DNA from: Candidatus Kaiserbacteria bacterium
GTDB taxonomy: Bacteria; Patescibacteriota; Minisyncoccia; Phycocordibacterales; Phycocordibacteraceae
Reading direction: 5' to 3'
Assembly: GCA_963699165.1 (NCBI GenBank)
Contig: OY969413.1
Span: 404,562 to 468,561, forward strand
DNA length: 64,000 bases
The notes under the pieces were generated by a model, which was not told where the DNA came from, did no database searches, and saw only the letters and a program-made list of their open reading frames with translations. Each line of letters opens with the position of its first letter. Within the stretch, counting starts at the first letter, position 1. Positions 51,206 through 64,000 of the stretch are shown one piece after another. A program made the translations under genes and the position numbers.

Positions 51206-52897
51206 TCAGGCACCAAATGCGGCGAGTCGCGCAGACACTTGTGCGCACACGTTCTGCGCTTTTTCAATCACGGAAACATCGCCCGACGCCTCGGCTCTTC
51301 GTAAATCTGCAACGGCTTCCCGATACGCCTCGCGGATAACCGCTTCTTCAAAGGCGTGGAGCAACTCGTCTGCCGCCCGTTCTTCCGGCTGTTCACCAAA
51401 CGTCTGTTCAGCCAGAAACAAAGACGATTCCGGAAGCACAACGGACGGAAGCACTTCTGCCCCGGTAATTCGACAATACTCCGTTTCGACGCGCCGTGCA
51501 AGGGCCGTACCGGTATATACGTGGAAAACGGCTAAAAGTTGCTCCCCGCGCGTCTCTTGAGGCGAGCGCGGAGCCGAGCGTGGAACTGCACCTGTAGTTA
51601 TGCCGTTCGACCCTGTGGAAAGTTTCGGCAGGCGCGCCAGCGATTCGCGTACCGCCTCGGTCGAAAGTCCCAGCGTCCGCGCTGCCGACTGCACGAAATG
51701 CTCGCGTTCCATCGGACTCGGTATTGCGGCGATAATCGGCAGCACGATGGCTTCCGCCGAACGCAAAAGACGATGCGGGTCGCTTTCTTTGTCCGCCAGC
51801 TCTCCGAGAAAAAATTCGGCGACGGGTTTGGCGGCGGCGATGCGTTTTGAAAATTCTTGCGGGTCCTCGCTGATGAGGTCGGCAGGGTCTTTGCCGGTCG
51901 GGAGCCGCGCGGCTTTGACGCGCAATCCGGCTTGCAGCGCGAGTATAGCCGAACGCGCCGTCGCCTTCAAACCGGCGGCGTCCGCGTCAAGCACAAGCAT
52001 CAGGTTTTCGCTGTAGCGCTTCATGAGCGAAAGATGCCGCTCTGAAAGCGCCGTGCCGGAAAGAGCGATTGCGTTTGTAAATCCCGCTTGATGCGCATGC
52101 AGCACATCCATTTGCCCTTCGACCAGCATAGTAAACCCGCGCGTGCGAATCGCGTCCTTCGCCGTATCCATGCCGAAAAGAATTTCGGATTTGCGATACA
52201 AATCTGTTTCCGGACTGTTCAAATATTTCGCGAGCTCGTCCTCAGCGAGCGCGCGTCCCGTAAAACCGACGACGCGGCCCGCGATGTCGCGAATGGGAAA
52301 AAGCAATCGGTTTCGAAATCGGTCGTAATACGTGCCCGGCTTCCCGTCCGCTTCTTTGATGAGACCGGCTGCAAGCAGTTCGTCGGCCGTGAATCCTCCT
52401 GCCGAAAGCGCTTCAAGCAGCTCGCGCCACGCGTCCGGCGCATACCCGAGCCGCCACGCGCTCGCGGTTTCCTCCGAAAGCCCGCGGCGTTTTGCATAGG
52501 CCTGCGCCGGACTGCCCGCAAATTTTCCGGCGTACCACTCGCCCGCGCGGCTCATCGCATCGTATAATCTTTCTTTTTTTGAAGTGTCCTCTTTGTTTTT
52601 ACTACCATATATGGTAGTGATTTCGACTCCGGCCTTTTGGGCGAGAATTTTCATCGCACCTTTGAAATCCACGCCTTCGATTTTTTCAATAAACGAGAAG
52701 CCGTCGCCCCCAAGACCGCAACCAAAGCAGTGCCACGTGCCGCGTTCGGGACTCACGTGGAACGAGGGCGTCTTTTCCTTGTGGAACGGGCACAGCCCCC
52801 GAAGTGACTTCCCCGCGCGCGTGAGCTTTACATACGGACCGATGATGTCCTGAATGCCAAGGCGCTCCTTAATCTGCGCGACGGTGTCGGTTGCCAT
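51206..52897 (-). CDS. dnaG: DNA primase
   Basis: CHC2 zinc finger [32 protein letters not shown] ([10 protein letters not shown]...VLDADAAG). Confidence 0.9.
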   Translation of the reverse strand: MATDTVAQIKERLGIQDIIGPYVKLTRAGKSLRGLCPFHKEKTPSFHVSPERGTWHCFGCGLGGDGFSFIEKIEGVDFKGAMKILAQKAGVEITTIYGSKNKEDTSKKERLYDAMSRAGEWYAGKFAGSPAQAYAKRRGLSEETASAWRLGYAPDAWRELLEALSAGGFTADELLAAGLIKEADGKPGTYYDRFRNRLLFPIRDIAGRVVGFTGRALAEDELAKYLNSPETDLYRKSEILFGMDTAKDAIRTRGFTMLVEGQMDVLHAHQAGFTNAIALSGTALSERHLSLMKRYSENLMLVLDADAAGLKATARSAILALQAGLRVKAARLPTGKDPADLISEDPQEFSKRIAAAKPVAEFFLGELADKESDPHRLLRSAEAIVLPIIAAIPSPMEREHFVQSAARTLGLSTEAVRESLARLPKLSTGSNGITTGAVPRSAPRSPQETRGEQLLAVFHVYTGTALARRVETEYCRITGAEVLPSVVLPESSLFLAEQTFGEQPEERAADELLHAFEEAVIREAYREAVADLRRAEASGDVSVIEKAQNVCAQVSARLAAFGA

Positions 52898-52974
52898 TGG
52901 AATGATTCTACCGCGGTTTCAAAGTTTTTGACAAAAACACAGCCAGTGTTAGTTTAGTTTCGGGAGGATAGGAC

Positions 52975-53178
52975 GTGAACAGTAATCGATGGGTGTTAGT
53001 CCCCTTGGTATCCTGCGGGATAATTTTTTTCTTTTCAGCAGGAGCTCTTCTTTGGGGCTTCGCTGAGAATCATTCAATGGTATACACGGGCACGGGTCTG
53101 CTGACGTTACTTGGCCCGCTACTCGTGGGCCTAACGGTTGCCGCCGTTCTCCGTCAGCGGAAACGGCGTCCACGATAG
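52975..53178 (+). CDS. Small two-TM hypothetical protein (67 aa)
   Basis: Hydrophobic ORF with an RKRRPR tail; followed directly by a perfect-stem terminator. Confidence 0.3.
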   Translation: MNSNRWVLVPLVSCGIIFFFSAGALLWGFAENHSMVYTGTGLLTLLGPLLVGLTVAAVLRQRKRRPR

Positions 53179-53222
53179 CAAACAGCGAGGAACCCTACGG
53201 GTTCCTCGCTGTTTGCTTTTTT
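53178..53222 (+). terminator. Intrinsic terminator: 18-bp perfect stem plus TTTTTT
   Basis: gcaaacagcgaggaaccc-TAC-gggttcctcgctgtttgc-tttttt. Confidence 0.5.
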
Positions 53223-53235
53223 ATATGCGCTGATT

Positions 53236-56955
<3,720 letters not shown>

Positions 56956-56978
56956 AGTAGTGGAAGAAATTAATAAAA

Positions 56979-59900
56979 CTACGCCTCCGGCTCCGGCGGC
57001 AGATTTAAGGGCTCGACATCGAGCGCAAGGCCGCGGATTTGGTTGGTAAGAACGGCAAACGATGCCGGCGTGCCGCTGTGGCTAATCGGCTCGTTTTTCA
57101 CGATGGCATCGAAGGCGGCGGAACGGCCCTGAATGTCGTCCGATTTAATCGTGAGCATTTCGCGAAGCGTGTACGCGGCGCCGTAGCCGAGGAGCGCCCA
57201 CACTTCCATTTCTCCGAAGCGCTGACCGCCGTTTTGCGCCTTGCCGCCAAGCGGCTGCTGCGTGATGAGCGAGTATGGACCAATTGAGCGCATGTGGATT
57301 TTGTCTTCCACCATGTGATGCAATTTGAGAACGTACATGTAGCCCACGGCAATGTCCTGCGCAAATGCGGCGCCGGTAAGACCGTCATAGAGTTTCATCT
57401 TCCCCGTTTCCGAAAAACCGGCTGCCGCGAGTTCTTTGCGAATTTCGTCCGGCGTTGCTCCGGCAAACGGCGGCACGACGGCCTGATAGCCGAGCGTGTT
57501 TGCCGCGAGCCCAAGGTGCATTTCGAGAATTTGGCCGAGGTTCATGCGCGACGGAACGCCGAGCGGCGTCAGAATAAGGTCAATCGGATTGCCGTCCTTG
57601 TCGTATGGCATATCCTCGACCGGAAGCACGCGGCTGATGACGCCTTTGTTGCCGTGTCGTCCCGCGAGTTTGTCGCCGACGGAGACGTTTCGCACCTGCG
57701 CAACCGTCACGACGATTTTCTTGATGATGCCTGTTTCAAGCTGGTCGCCCTTTTCGCGCGAGAAAACGCGCACGCCGATGACGCGGCCTCGCTTGCCGCC
57801 TTCCATGCGAAGCGATGTGTCCTTCACATCTTTTGCCTTATCGCCGAAGATACTGCGCAAGAGACGCTCTTCGGGCGTGAGCTGGGTCTCGCCTTTCGGC
57901 GTCACTTTTCCGACGAGAATGTCGCCAGGACGCACTTCCGCACCGATGCAAATGACGCCCTCTTCATCGAGATTCTTGAGGCGCATTTCACCGACGTTTG
58001 GAATGTCGTGCGTCGTCGTCTCGGGACCGAGCTTCGTGTCGCGCACGACGCATTCGAAGTCCTCGATATGCACGGTTGTAAATTTCGCGTCTTCGACGAG
58101 GCGCTCGGAAATGATGATGGCGTCTTCGTAGTTCGCGCCGTTCCAGCTCATGAATGCGACGCGCACATTTTGGCCGAGCGAAAGCTGGCCATGGTCGGTC
58201 GAAGAGTTGTCAGCGAGCACGTCGCCCTTCTTCACCTTGTCGCCGAGCACCACCGACGGGCGCTGCATAAAGGCGGAATTTTGGTTGGTTTGGGTCAGTC
58301 CCTGGAGGCGATATTCTTTCGCCTTGCCGTCCTTGTTTTTCACGATGACTTTTCGCGCATCGACATAAGAAACTTCGCCCGCTTCTTCGGCGAGCACGAG
58401 GCGTCCGGTGCTGCGGGCGGCATGCCCTTCGATGCCGGTCGCAACGAGCGGCGCTTCCGGAATCAACACCGGAGTTGCCTGCTTCTGCATGTTCGAACCC
58501 ATGAGCGCGCGGTTCGCATCGTCGTGGTCGACGAACGGAATCATCGATGTCGCGATTGAAAACATCTGGTAGGTCGATGCGTCCATCAAGGTCACCGTGT
58601 CGCGCGGCGCGATAATCGGGTCGCCCTTGTAGCGCGCTTCGACGAAATCGGGGACAATGCGGTTCTGCTCGTCGAGCTTGGTTGCGCCGTGCGCAATCGT
58701 CTCGAGTTCTTCGTCGAGGCCGTTCAGGTACACGATTTCGTCCGTGACTTTTCCGTTCTTCACGCGAACGTAGGGCGTTTCGATAACGCCGAAGTCGTTG
58801 GTGCGGGCGTGCGTCGCCATGTGGAGAATGAGGCCGATGTTTTGGCCTTCCGGCGTATGAATCGGACAGAGGCGTCCGTAATGCGACGGATGCACGTCGC
58901 GCACTTCGAAGCCCGCTCGCTCGCGCGTAAGGCCGCCCGGACCGAGCGCCGAAAAAGTGCGCATATTTTCGAGCTCGGAAAGAATGTTCTGCTGGTCCAT
59001 GAACTGCGAAAGTTGGTTTGCCGTAAAGAATTCGTGGACGGATGCATGGAACGGGCGCGGATTGACGAGCGCCATCGGAAGGGTCGTTTCGCTTTCAATC
59101 GTGGACATGCGGTCCTGAATGTTTCGCTTCATGCGGCTCATGCCGACGCGCATGCGCGCCTGAAGAAGTTCGCCGACGAAACGCACGCGGCGGAAGCCGA
59201 GATGATCGATGTCATCCGGTCGCGCCGACGGATCGGCGTTCAGTTTCGTGATTTCGGAGATGATGCGGACGAAGTCCGCGAGACCGAGCGTGTGCTTGTC
59301 GAGCGCCTTGCCGGTAAGCGGCAGACCGAAGCGCGAATTGAGGCGGTGGCGTCCGACCTTTCCGAGGTCGTAGCGTTCCGCAGAGAAAAGCGACTGTACG
59401 AAGTTCTTTGCGTTTTCCGGGGTAGCAAGGTCGCCGTCGCGCATGCGGCGGTGGATTTCAACGTAGGCCTCTTCAATCGACTTTGCTTCGTCGTGCTCAA
59501 GCGTCGCCTTAATCGCGGCGAGCGCGAGCGGGTCTTTTTCAAAATGCTTCAAAACGGCTTCGCCCAAACCGCCGCCGAAGACGGAGAGAATCTGCGTAAT
59601 CGGGAACTTGCGCTTGCGGTCGATTTTCATGTAGAGCGCGCCGTCCGCTTCGGAATCGATTTCAATCCAAACGCCGCGAAGCGGAATGATTTTCGCGCCG
59701 AAGTACGCCTTGCCGCGGATGAGTTCGGATACGAAGAAAGCGCCGAAGCTTCGTGCGAGCTGCGGTACGATTGCGCGTTCGACGCCGGAAACGATAAATG
59801 AGCCGTGCGGCGTCATAATCGGCATGTCGGTAAGGAAGATTTCCTGCGACTTCTCCGAGCCGAAAGTTTTATTGATGAGCTTCACCGTCGCCTTGACCGG

Positions 59901-60155
59901 CGCCTCGTAGGTGCGCATATTTTCGCGCGCAAAGTCCTCATCGTACTTCGGCTCCCCGATTTCAAAGCTTTCAAAACGAAGTTCGAACTTTTTCCCCGAG
60001 TAGTCCGTAATCGGCGAAAATTCCTTGAAGAGTTCGGCGAGGCCGTCTTTCAAAAGCCAATCAAATGAACCGCGCTGATGTCCGACAAGGTCCGGAAACG
60101 GGACCCGCGGCGCTCGAAACGCACCGAACGTCTTTTGAACGAGGTTTTTTTGCAT
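56979..60155 (-). CDS. rpoB: DNA-directed RNA polymerase subunit beta
   Basis: 1058 aa from the internal ATG (MQKNLVQKTFG...); conserved beta-subunit blocks; rpoB-rpoC gene order. Confidence 0.95.
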   Translation of the reverse strand: MQKNLVQKTFGAFRAPRVPFPDLVGHQRGSFDWLLKDGLAELFKEFSPITDYSGKKFELRFESFEIGEPKYDEDFARENMRTYEAPVKATVKLINKTFGSEKSQEIFLTDMPIMTPHGSFIVSGVERAIVPQLARSFGAFFVSELIRGKAYFGAKIIPLRGVWIEIDSEADGALYMKIDRKRKFPITQILSVFGGGLGEAVLKHFEKDPLALAAIKATLEHDEAKSIEEAYVEIHRRMRDGDLATPENAKNFVQSLFSAERYDLGKVGRHRLNSRFGLPLTGKALDKHTLGLADFVRIISEITKLNADPSARPDDIDHLGFRRVRFVGELLQARMRVGMSRMKRNIQDRMSTIESETTLPMALVNPRPFHASVHEFFTANQLSQFMDQQNILSELENMRTFSALGPGGLTRERAGFEVRDVHPSHYGRLCPIHTPEGQNIGLILHMATHARTNDFGVIETPYVRVKNGKVTDEIVYLNGLDEELETIAHGATKLDEQNRIVPDFVEARYKGDPIIAPRDTVTLMDASTYQMFSIATSMIPFVDHDDANRALMGSNMQKQATPVLIPEAPLVATGIEGHAARSTGRLVLAEEAGEVSYVDARKVIVKNKDGKAKEYRLQGLTQTNQNSAFMQRPSVVLGDKVKKGDVLADNSSTDHGQLSLGQNVRVAFMSWNGANYEDAIIISERLVEDAKFTTVHIEDFECVVRDTKLGPETTTHDIPNVGEMRLKNLDEEGVICIGAEVRPGDILVGKVTPKGETQLTPEERLLRSIFGDKAKDVKDTSLRMEGGKRGRVIGVRVFSREKGDQLETGIIKKIVVTVAQVRNVSVGDKLAGRHGNKGVISRVLPVEDMPYDKDGNPIDLILTPLGVPSRMNLGQILEMHLGLAANTLGYQAVVPPFAGATPDEIRKELAAAGFSETGKMKLYDGLTGAAFAQDIAVGYMYVLKLHHMVEDKIHMRSIGPYSLITQQPLGGKAQNGGQRFGEMEVWALLGYGAAYTLREMLTIKSDDIQGRSAAFDAIVKNEPISHSGTPASFAVLTNQIRGLALDVEPLNLPPEPEA

Positions 60156-60355
60156 GTGGTTGTGGCGTAACCTGGTAAATATATAAATGCGAACGCACGG
60201 ACAGGAGTCCGCTTTGCGTTTCTTTTGTTCCCCGTTATGTATCCTTGCCCGCGTACTCGACAGCACAATGCTGCATTGCACTCCGTGACTCACTCGTATC
60301 TAATGTCCCCAAATGTATCAGAATCCGTCTCCAAGCGCAAGCGGGCTGGGGATAA

Positions 60356-60380
60356 TTTGGGAAGGTATCACCTTCCCAAG
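60356..60380. repeat. Palindrome CTTGGGAAGG-tatca-CCTTCCCAAG (second copy of the 23547-23570 hairpin core)
   Basis: Same 10-bp arms as the terminator-like hairpin at 23535-23583 with a different loop. Lies between the 60391 gene's 3' end and the rpoB leader. Confidence 0.35.
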
Positions 60381-60390
60381 TTACAGGAAG

Positions 60391-61230
60391 TCAGAGGAGA
60401 AAGCGGAAAATCGAGAGGACTATGACAAGGATAATAGCAGCGATTCCTGTCGGAATTGCGATGCTCGAGACGATGGAAGGCGCGGGGGCTTTTGGCGCGG
60501 GTGCAGTCGCAAAAGAATTTAGCGCGGATGTTTTTGCAGGAGTCGGAATTGCCGGAACTACGGTTTGCAGAACGGTCGTAGTTGCCGTGGTAGTCGCGGA
60601 GCGGCCGGTGTTTGAAATCGACTTAATCGTTTGGGTGGGAGTTGGGAATGACGTCGATGTCGAAGGCGGCGACGAAGGATTTGGTTTGGTCAATGATGCC
60701 GGTGAGTTTACGGAAAGAGTTGAGACAATCGGAGAGATAGCGCCCGGACTTGCGGAGACAGTACTGGAAGAAGTCGAGCGCCACGTAGTGCGCACATCGC
60801 ACGTAGAACAATCAAAGTTGATGGCATAGCTGTTTGCGCCGGTAGCTTTGCCGTGGAACTTGCCCAAAGAGTCGATAGTGACGCCGAGAAAAGAGACGAA
60901 TCCCGCTTGCGAATCCCATGCGAAACCGGAGAGGTTGCCGTGGCTGTCATTCATCACGCCGCTTCCAGTCGGGGAAAGGTTAATCCATCCGTCGTTAGCG
61001 CTCCATGCGTAACCGGTGACAGCAGAGTCGGTGACGGAGATGTTTCCGTTTTGTGCGGCAAAGTTAACCCATCCTGCCACGCTTCCCCATGCGTATTTGT
61101 GTGCGGGGTCGATTGTGCCGGAAGAAGCGTCAGCGAAAGAAACGCCGGTGAAAAGAAACAGAGTGAGGACTGCTCCGCGCACGAATACATGCGCGAGCTT
61201 ATTTCTTCGATTTGGTGCTTGTTGCTGCAT
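60391..61230 (-). CDS. Secreted/surface protein with aromatic GW-type repeats (cell-wall-binding-repeat-like), Ser/Thr/Pro linker and C-terminal TM anchor
   Basis: Signal peptide; repeats GWVNFAAQNG, GYAWSANDGWINL, GFAWDSQAGFVSF; STP-rich spacer; C-terminal GIAAIILVIVLSIF. Confidence 0.5.
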   Translation of the reverse strand: MQQQAPNRRNKLAHVFVRGAVLTLFLFTGVSFADASSGTIDPAHKYAWGSVAGWVNFAAQNGNISVTDSAVTGYAWSANDGWINLSPTGSGVMNDSHGNLSGFAWDSQAGFVSFLGVTIDSLGKFHGKATGANSYAINFDCSTCDVRTTWRSTSSSTVSASPGAISPIVSTLSVNSPASLTKPNPSSPPSTSTSFPTPTQTIKSISNTGRSATTTATTTVLQTVVPAIPTPAKTSALNSFATAPAPKAPAPSIVSSIAIPTGIAAIILVIVLSIFRFLL

Positions 61231-61657
61231 TGGTTGAAGTGGCCGTTGCCGGTGGAACAGACTGCGAAACAGTTTGGGTTGCCGCTCCATCATTCACCGG
61301 ACCGACATTGATGAGTTTGTCGGTTGAAGGGCGGTACAGGAGCGCTTCGGGAGGGTTTTGATAGACGATGAGGATATCGCCGTTCTCGGCATTTACGAGG
61401 AAGGGTTGGCCTCGCTTCGCGCTTCCCGCATCTTTGATGGTTGCCATGGTTGGCGTCTCGTTTGGTAGTTGAATGAGTTTGCCGACATTTGCGAGTATTT
61501 GGGCTGCTTGTTCAGCTCCGGAAAGTTCGGGGTGTGTGCGGTACACGGTATATCGGCCGAGCCAGAAGGAAGCTCCAAGAGCAAGAATGACGGCAATCCA
61601 GAACGCAGATCGACGGGCAAAGCGCAATATGGAGTTGGTTCGGAGTTTGACATCCAT
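61199..61657 (-). CDS. N-terminally anchored hypothetical protein (152 aa)
   Basis: TM AFWIAVILALGASFWLG, then a soluble domain and an Ala/Thr/Ser tail. Confidence 0.4.
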   Translation of the reverse strand: MDVKLRTNSILRFARRSAFWIAVILALGASFWLGRYTVYRTHPELSGAEQAAQILANVGKLIQLPNETPTMATIKDAGSAKRGQPFLVNAENGDILIVYQNPPEALLYRPSTDKLINVGPVNDGAATQTVSQSVPPATATSTNAATSTKSKK

Positions 61658-61663
61658 AGCGGG

Positions 61664-64000
61664 CTAGTTTGCGGTGGAAGAATCCATCGCATCGGTGCTT
61701 GAAGCGTCAGGCGTAGTCGGTTCGGAAGTGGAAGCATCGGTCAAAGAAGATCCGGAACCCGCGGCCGCTGGCGCGGCCGCGCTACCGCTTCCACCGCCTC
61801 CGCTTCCCTGCCCCGCATTTTGCAAAAGCTGTTGCAGCTGACTTCCGGTAACGCAGGTTCCATCAACGCAGAGCTTTTGTGTATTTTCTTGTTGCGAATT
61901 TACCGTCGTCGCATTCAACACCGCCGTCGTGATTGATTGCGAAAATGCATTCACCTGCGTCGCGAGCGCCTGCACCGCCTTCACAAGCGGCGCGATGAGA
62001 CCGACGTAGTTGACCGTGAGCGTACCATCGGGCGTGAGAGAGGTCGGCGAAGTGGTTGAAACGAGTTCGGGGAAGATTTGCTGAACCTGTTGCGCGACGA
62101 AGCCGAGGTTGGTTCCGGAATCGCTCTGGTCGAGACGGGTGTATGAGACAGGCACAAGTCCTTCGATTGCAGAAAGAGAGGAAGAAGCATCGAGCAACGT
62201 GATGTTGGTTTTCAACCGCTGGTCTGACGACTGGAAGATAGAACCGCTATATGTGGCGTTGCCATTATCACGAACCGAGAAGACAGTTGTGGAAGCACTG
62301 TTCACCACGGCAAAAGCTGTGGTCGAGGCGGTGTCTGGACCCCACACGGTGAGGAGAGAATACGGAGAGGTTGTGCCGATGCCGATGTTGCCTTTGAGTA
62401 TTGATTGCCAAGCACTGGACCATTTAGTCCCGCTCGTGCTTATGCCGGAGGTGTTGTAGTAGAGGGTAGAGCCAGTTGAACCGTCGTAGCGGAGAAACTG
62501 CGAGGCATTGGGAGCAGAAAACGTCGGTGCTCCAACGCCCGAGTAGAAACCAGGGGCTGTACCGGATTGAATTGCCGTCGAATTACTGCCGAGGCCAGTA
62601 ATGGCGTAGCCGATGACTATTTCGTTCGAGTCGCTCGAGGCCAAAGCCTTGGTGCTAGCGCCTTCATATACTGAGTACGACGACGCCTGGTTGGCTGTTG
62701 AACCATCCGCAATATAATCGCCGGCATTGTAGCCATTGGCGGTATTGCCGATGCCTGTTGTATTGCCGCCAAGCGCACCTTGCCCGTCGGCAGTATTACC
62801 ACTGCCAGTAGAGTTAGCGTACAGAGCGCTTTGACCGTTAGCTACGTTGAACGCGCCAGACGACACATTGTAGAGGGCATTGTACCCAATCGCCGTATTG
62901 TTGCCGCCTGAAGTAAGAAGGTGGAGCGCGTCAAACCCAACAGCAGTATTGCCAGCACCGGTCGTGTTTGTGGAGAGTGCGTTTGCGCCCACTGCCGTAT
63001 TTCCATTCCCGGATGTGTTAGAAACGAGAGCACTAAACCCAAATGCCGAGTTGCCTGATCCCGTGCTTCCTGTCCCCGAGCGGTTTGCCAAAAGTGCACC
63101 ATACCCTACAGCGGTGTCGAGTGTACTCAACTGTGGTCCGAAAAGCAGCGTCGGTGATGACGCTAATTGCGCATTGTTTTGCGCATACTCAGAAACGGCG
63201 TATCCGTAGTTTGCTATCTCAAAGGCTGTAGCGATGTACGAATAGCCATTATTGTCAGGGTGGGTATTGTCTGAATACAGGCATGTATCCGCGTAGGATA
63301 GCGAGAGCACACACGTTTGCAAGACGTTGGCAGTAGGTGCTACGGCGTAGCCATACTGCATAGCAACTTGGTCAATTGTCACATTGAATAGATATTGCAT
63401 TACGGGGTCTTGTGATGCGTTGTCCATCGGAAGCTCGCCCAGGACGACATTCTTGCTGCCGACGATAGCAGCGAACGCTGACGCAACCGTAATAAGATTC
63501 GCCCGGAAGGTCGCGACATTTATTTGCGAGTCATTCGCACTGGCGCCGGCATCGTTATTACCAATCATCAGATGGACTCTCATCCCTGGAGCAAGAGTCG
63601 TGGCGTCGCTCATATATCGCTTTATTAGCGATCCAGTTGAGGAACTTGACTGATTGCAAGGCGAACCAGCAGTCGTCGTGTACTCAAGGCATGTGCCTGA
63701 AACGGCCTCGTTGACTTCCGCCGCAGAATCGTGAATGGATACTAGGTCGGAGAAACACGTCCCCGAGGGAGAAGCGGAGGTTCGTGAACAGGACGTTGCT
63801 CCGATACCTGCCGTTGCAGAGTCGCCATCGAACCAATCATCTCCCGAAGGCGTCGGGAGCGAGTAGGAACCAAGTCCCCCATTCGCAGGAGGAAGAACAC
63901 CCGTCACTTCAGACGTGAGATCGACGAGCGAGGCGGTGAGAGCTCCGGCAGTCGCATGGAGTATGCCCGTGAAGGAAGAACCTATGTTTGTAAGACCGGA
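61664..64000 (-). CDS. Phage-tail-fibre/tailspike-like protein: SGNH-like region, Gly-rich beta-helix repeats, C-terminal peptidase-S74 intramolecular-chaperone domain; 5' end beyond the window
   Basis: C-terminal SDQRLKTNITLLD...LVPVSYTRLDQSDSGTNLGFVAQQVQQIFPELV...VNYVGLIAPLVKAVQAL matches the S74 chaperone consensus. Repeats GNTAVGxxAL. The reading frame stays open to position 64000. Confidence 0.65.
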   Translation of the reverse strand, partial: SGLTNIGSSFTGILHATAGALTASLVDLTSEVTGVLPPANGGLGSYSLPTPSGDDWFDGDSATAGIGATSCSRTSASPSGTCFSDLVSIHDSAAEVNEAVSGTCLEYTTTAGSPCNQSSSSTGSLIKRYMSDATTLAPGMRVHLMIGNNDAGASANDSQINVATFRANLITVASAFAAIVGSKNVVLGELPMDNASQDPVMQYLFNVTIDQVAMQYGYAVAPTANVLQTCVLSLSYADTCLYSDNTHPDNNGYSYIATAFEIANYGYAVSEYAQNNAQLASSPTLLFGPQLSTLDTAVGYGALLANRSGTGSTGSGNSAFGFSALVSNTSGNGNTAVGANALSTNTTGAGNTAVGFDALHLLTSGGNNTAIGYNALYNVSSGAFNVANGQSALYANSTGSGNTADGQGALGGNTTGIGNTANGYNAGDYIADGSTANQASSYSVYEGASTKALASSDSNEIVIGYAITGLGSNSTAIQSGTAPGFYSGVGAPTFSAPNASQFLRYDGSTGSTLYYNTSGISTSGTKWSSAWQSILKGNIGIGTTSPYSLLTVWGPDTASTTAFAVVNSASTTVFSVRDNGNATYSGSIFQSSDQRLKTNITLLDASSSLSAIEGLVPVSYTRLDQSDSGTNLGFVAQQVQQIFPELVSTTSPTSLTPDGTLTVNYVGLIAPLVKAVQALATQVNAFSQSITTAVLNATTVNSQQENTQKLCVDGTCVTGSQLQQLLQNAGQGSGGGGSGSAAAPAAAGSGSSLTDASTSEPTTPDASSTDAMDSSTAN

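Overview
The window has about 58-60% GC. Its gene content looks like a reduced-genome bacterium, consistent with Patescibacteria/CPR; that is inference from gene content, not a database hit. Core information-processing genes: short-form infB with rbfA, murI, gyrA, rpsA (375 aa, 4 S1 domains), uppP, lexA, prmC, hisS, a UvrD-type helicase-nuclease, a dnaG-rpoD operon (both minus strand) and an rpoB-rpoC operon (both minus strand), plus tRNA-Cys, two tRNA-Leu and tRNA-Lys. Accessory content sits between these. (1) A tightly coupled minus-strand operon of an HTH protein, a SAM methyltransferase, a solute-binding-like protein and six tandem paralogous small two-helix membrane proteins (VirB2/TrbC-pilin-like). 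I rate this the most interesting candidate system. (2) A mannoside-salvage-like cluster of three GH130-type genes (four catalytic domains) followed by a eukaryote-type HAD phosphomannomutase. (3) Three near-identical 1080-bp IS481-like insertion sequences with 5-bp target duplications. Each is inserted 5 bp upstream of a TTGAC(A/T) motif, and an older solo-IR relic occupies the same target as copy 1. The window also has an IS1595-family element abutting a truncated IS30 transposase. (4) A low-GC HNH endonuclease gene wedged between tRNA-Cys and tRNA-Leu(UAA), with a duplicated tRNA-Cys 3' end. (5) Several surface or secreted repeat proteins. These include a 775-aa Cys-rich protein with five to six copies of a 108-bp tandem repeat, and a phage-tail-fibre-like protein (SGNH-like region, Gly-rich repeats, C-terminal S74 intramolecular-chaperone domain) that runs off the 3' end of the window. 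There are strong intrinsic-terminator hairpins, near-consensus sigma70 promoters, a high-GC putatively horizontally acquired gene, and a frameshifted SMR-type transporter. No CRISPR array or rRNA is present. Hand-derived coordinates may be off by 1-2 nt.
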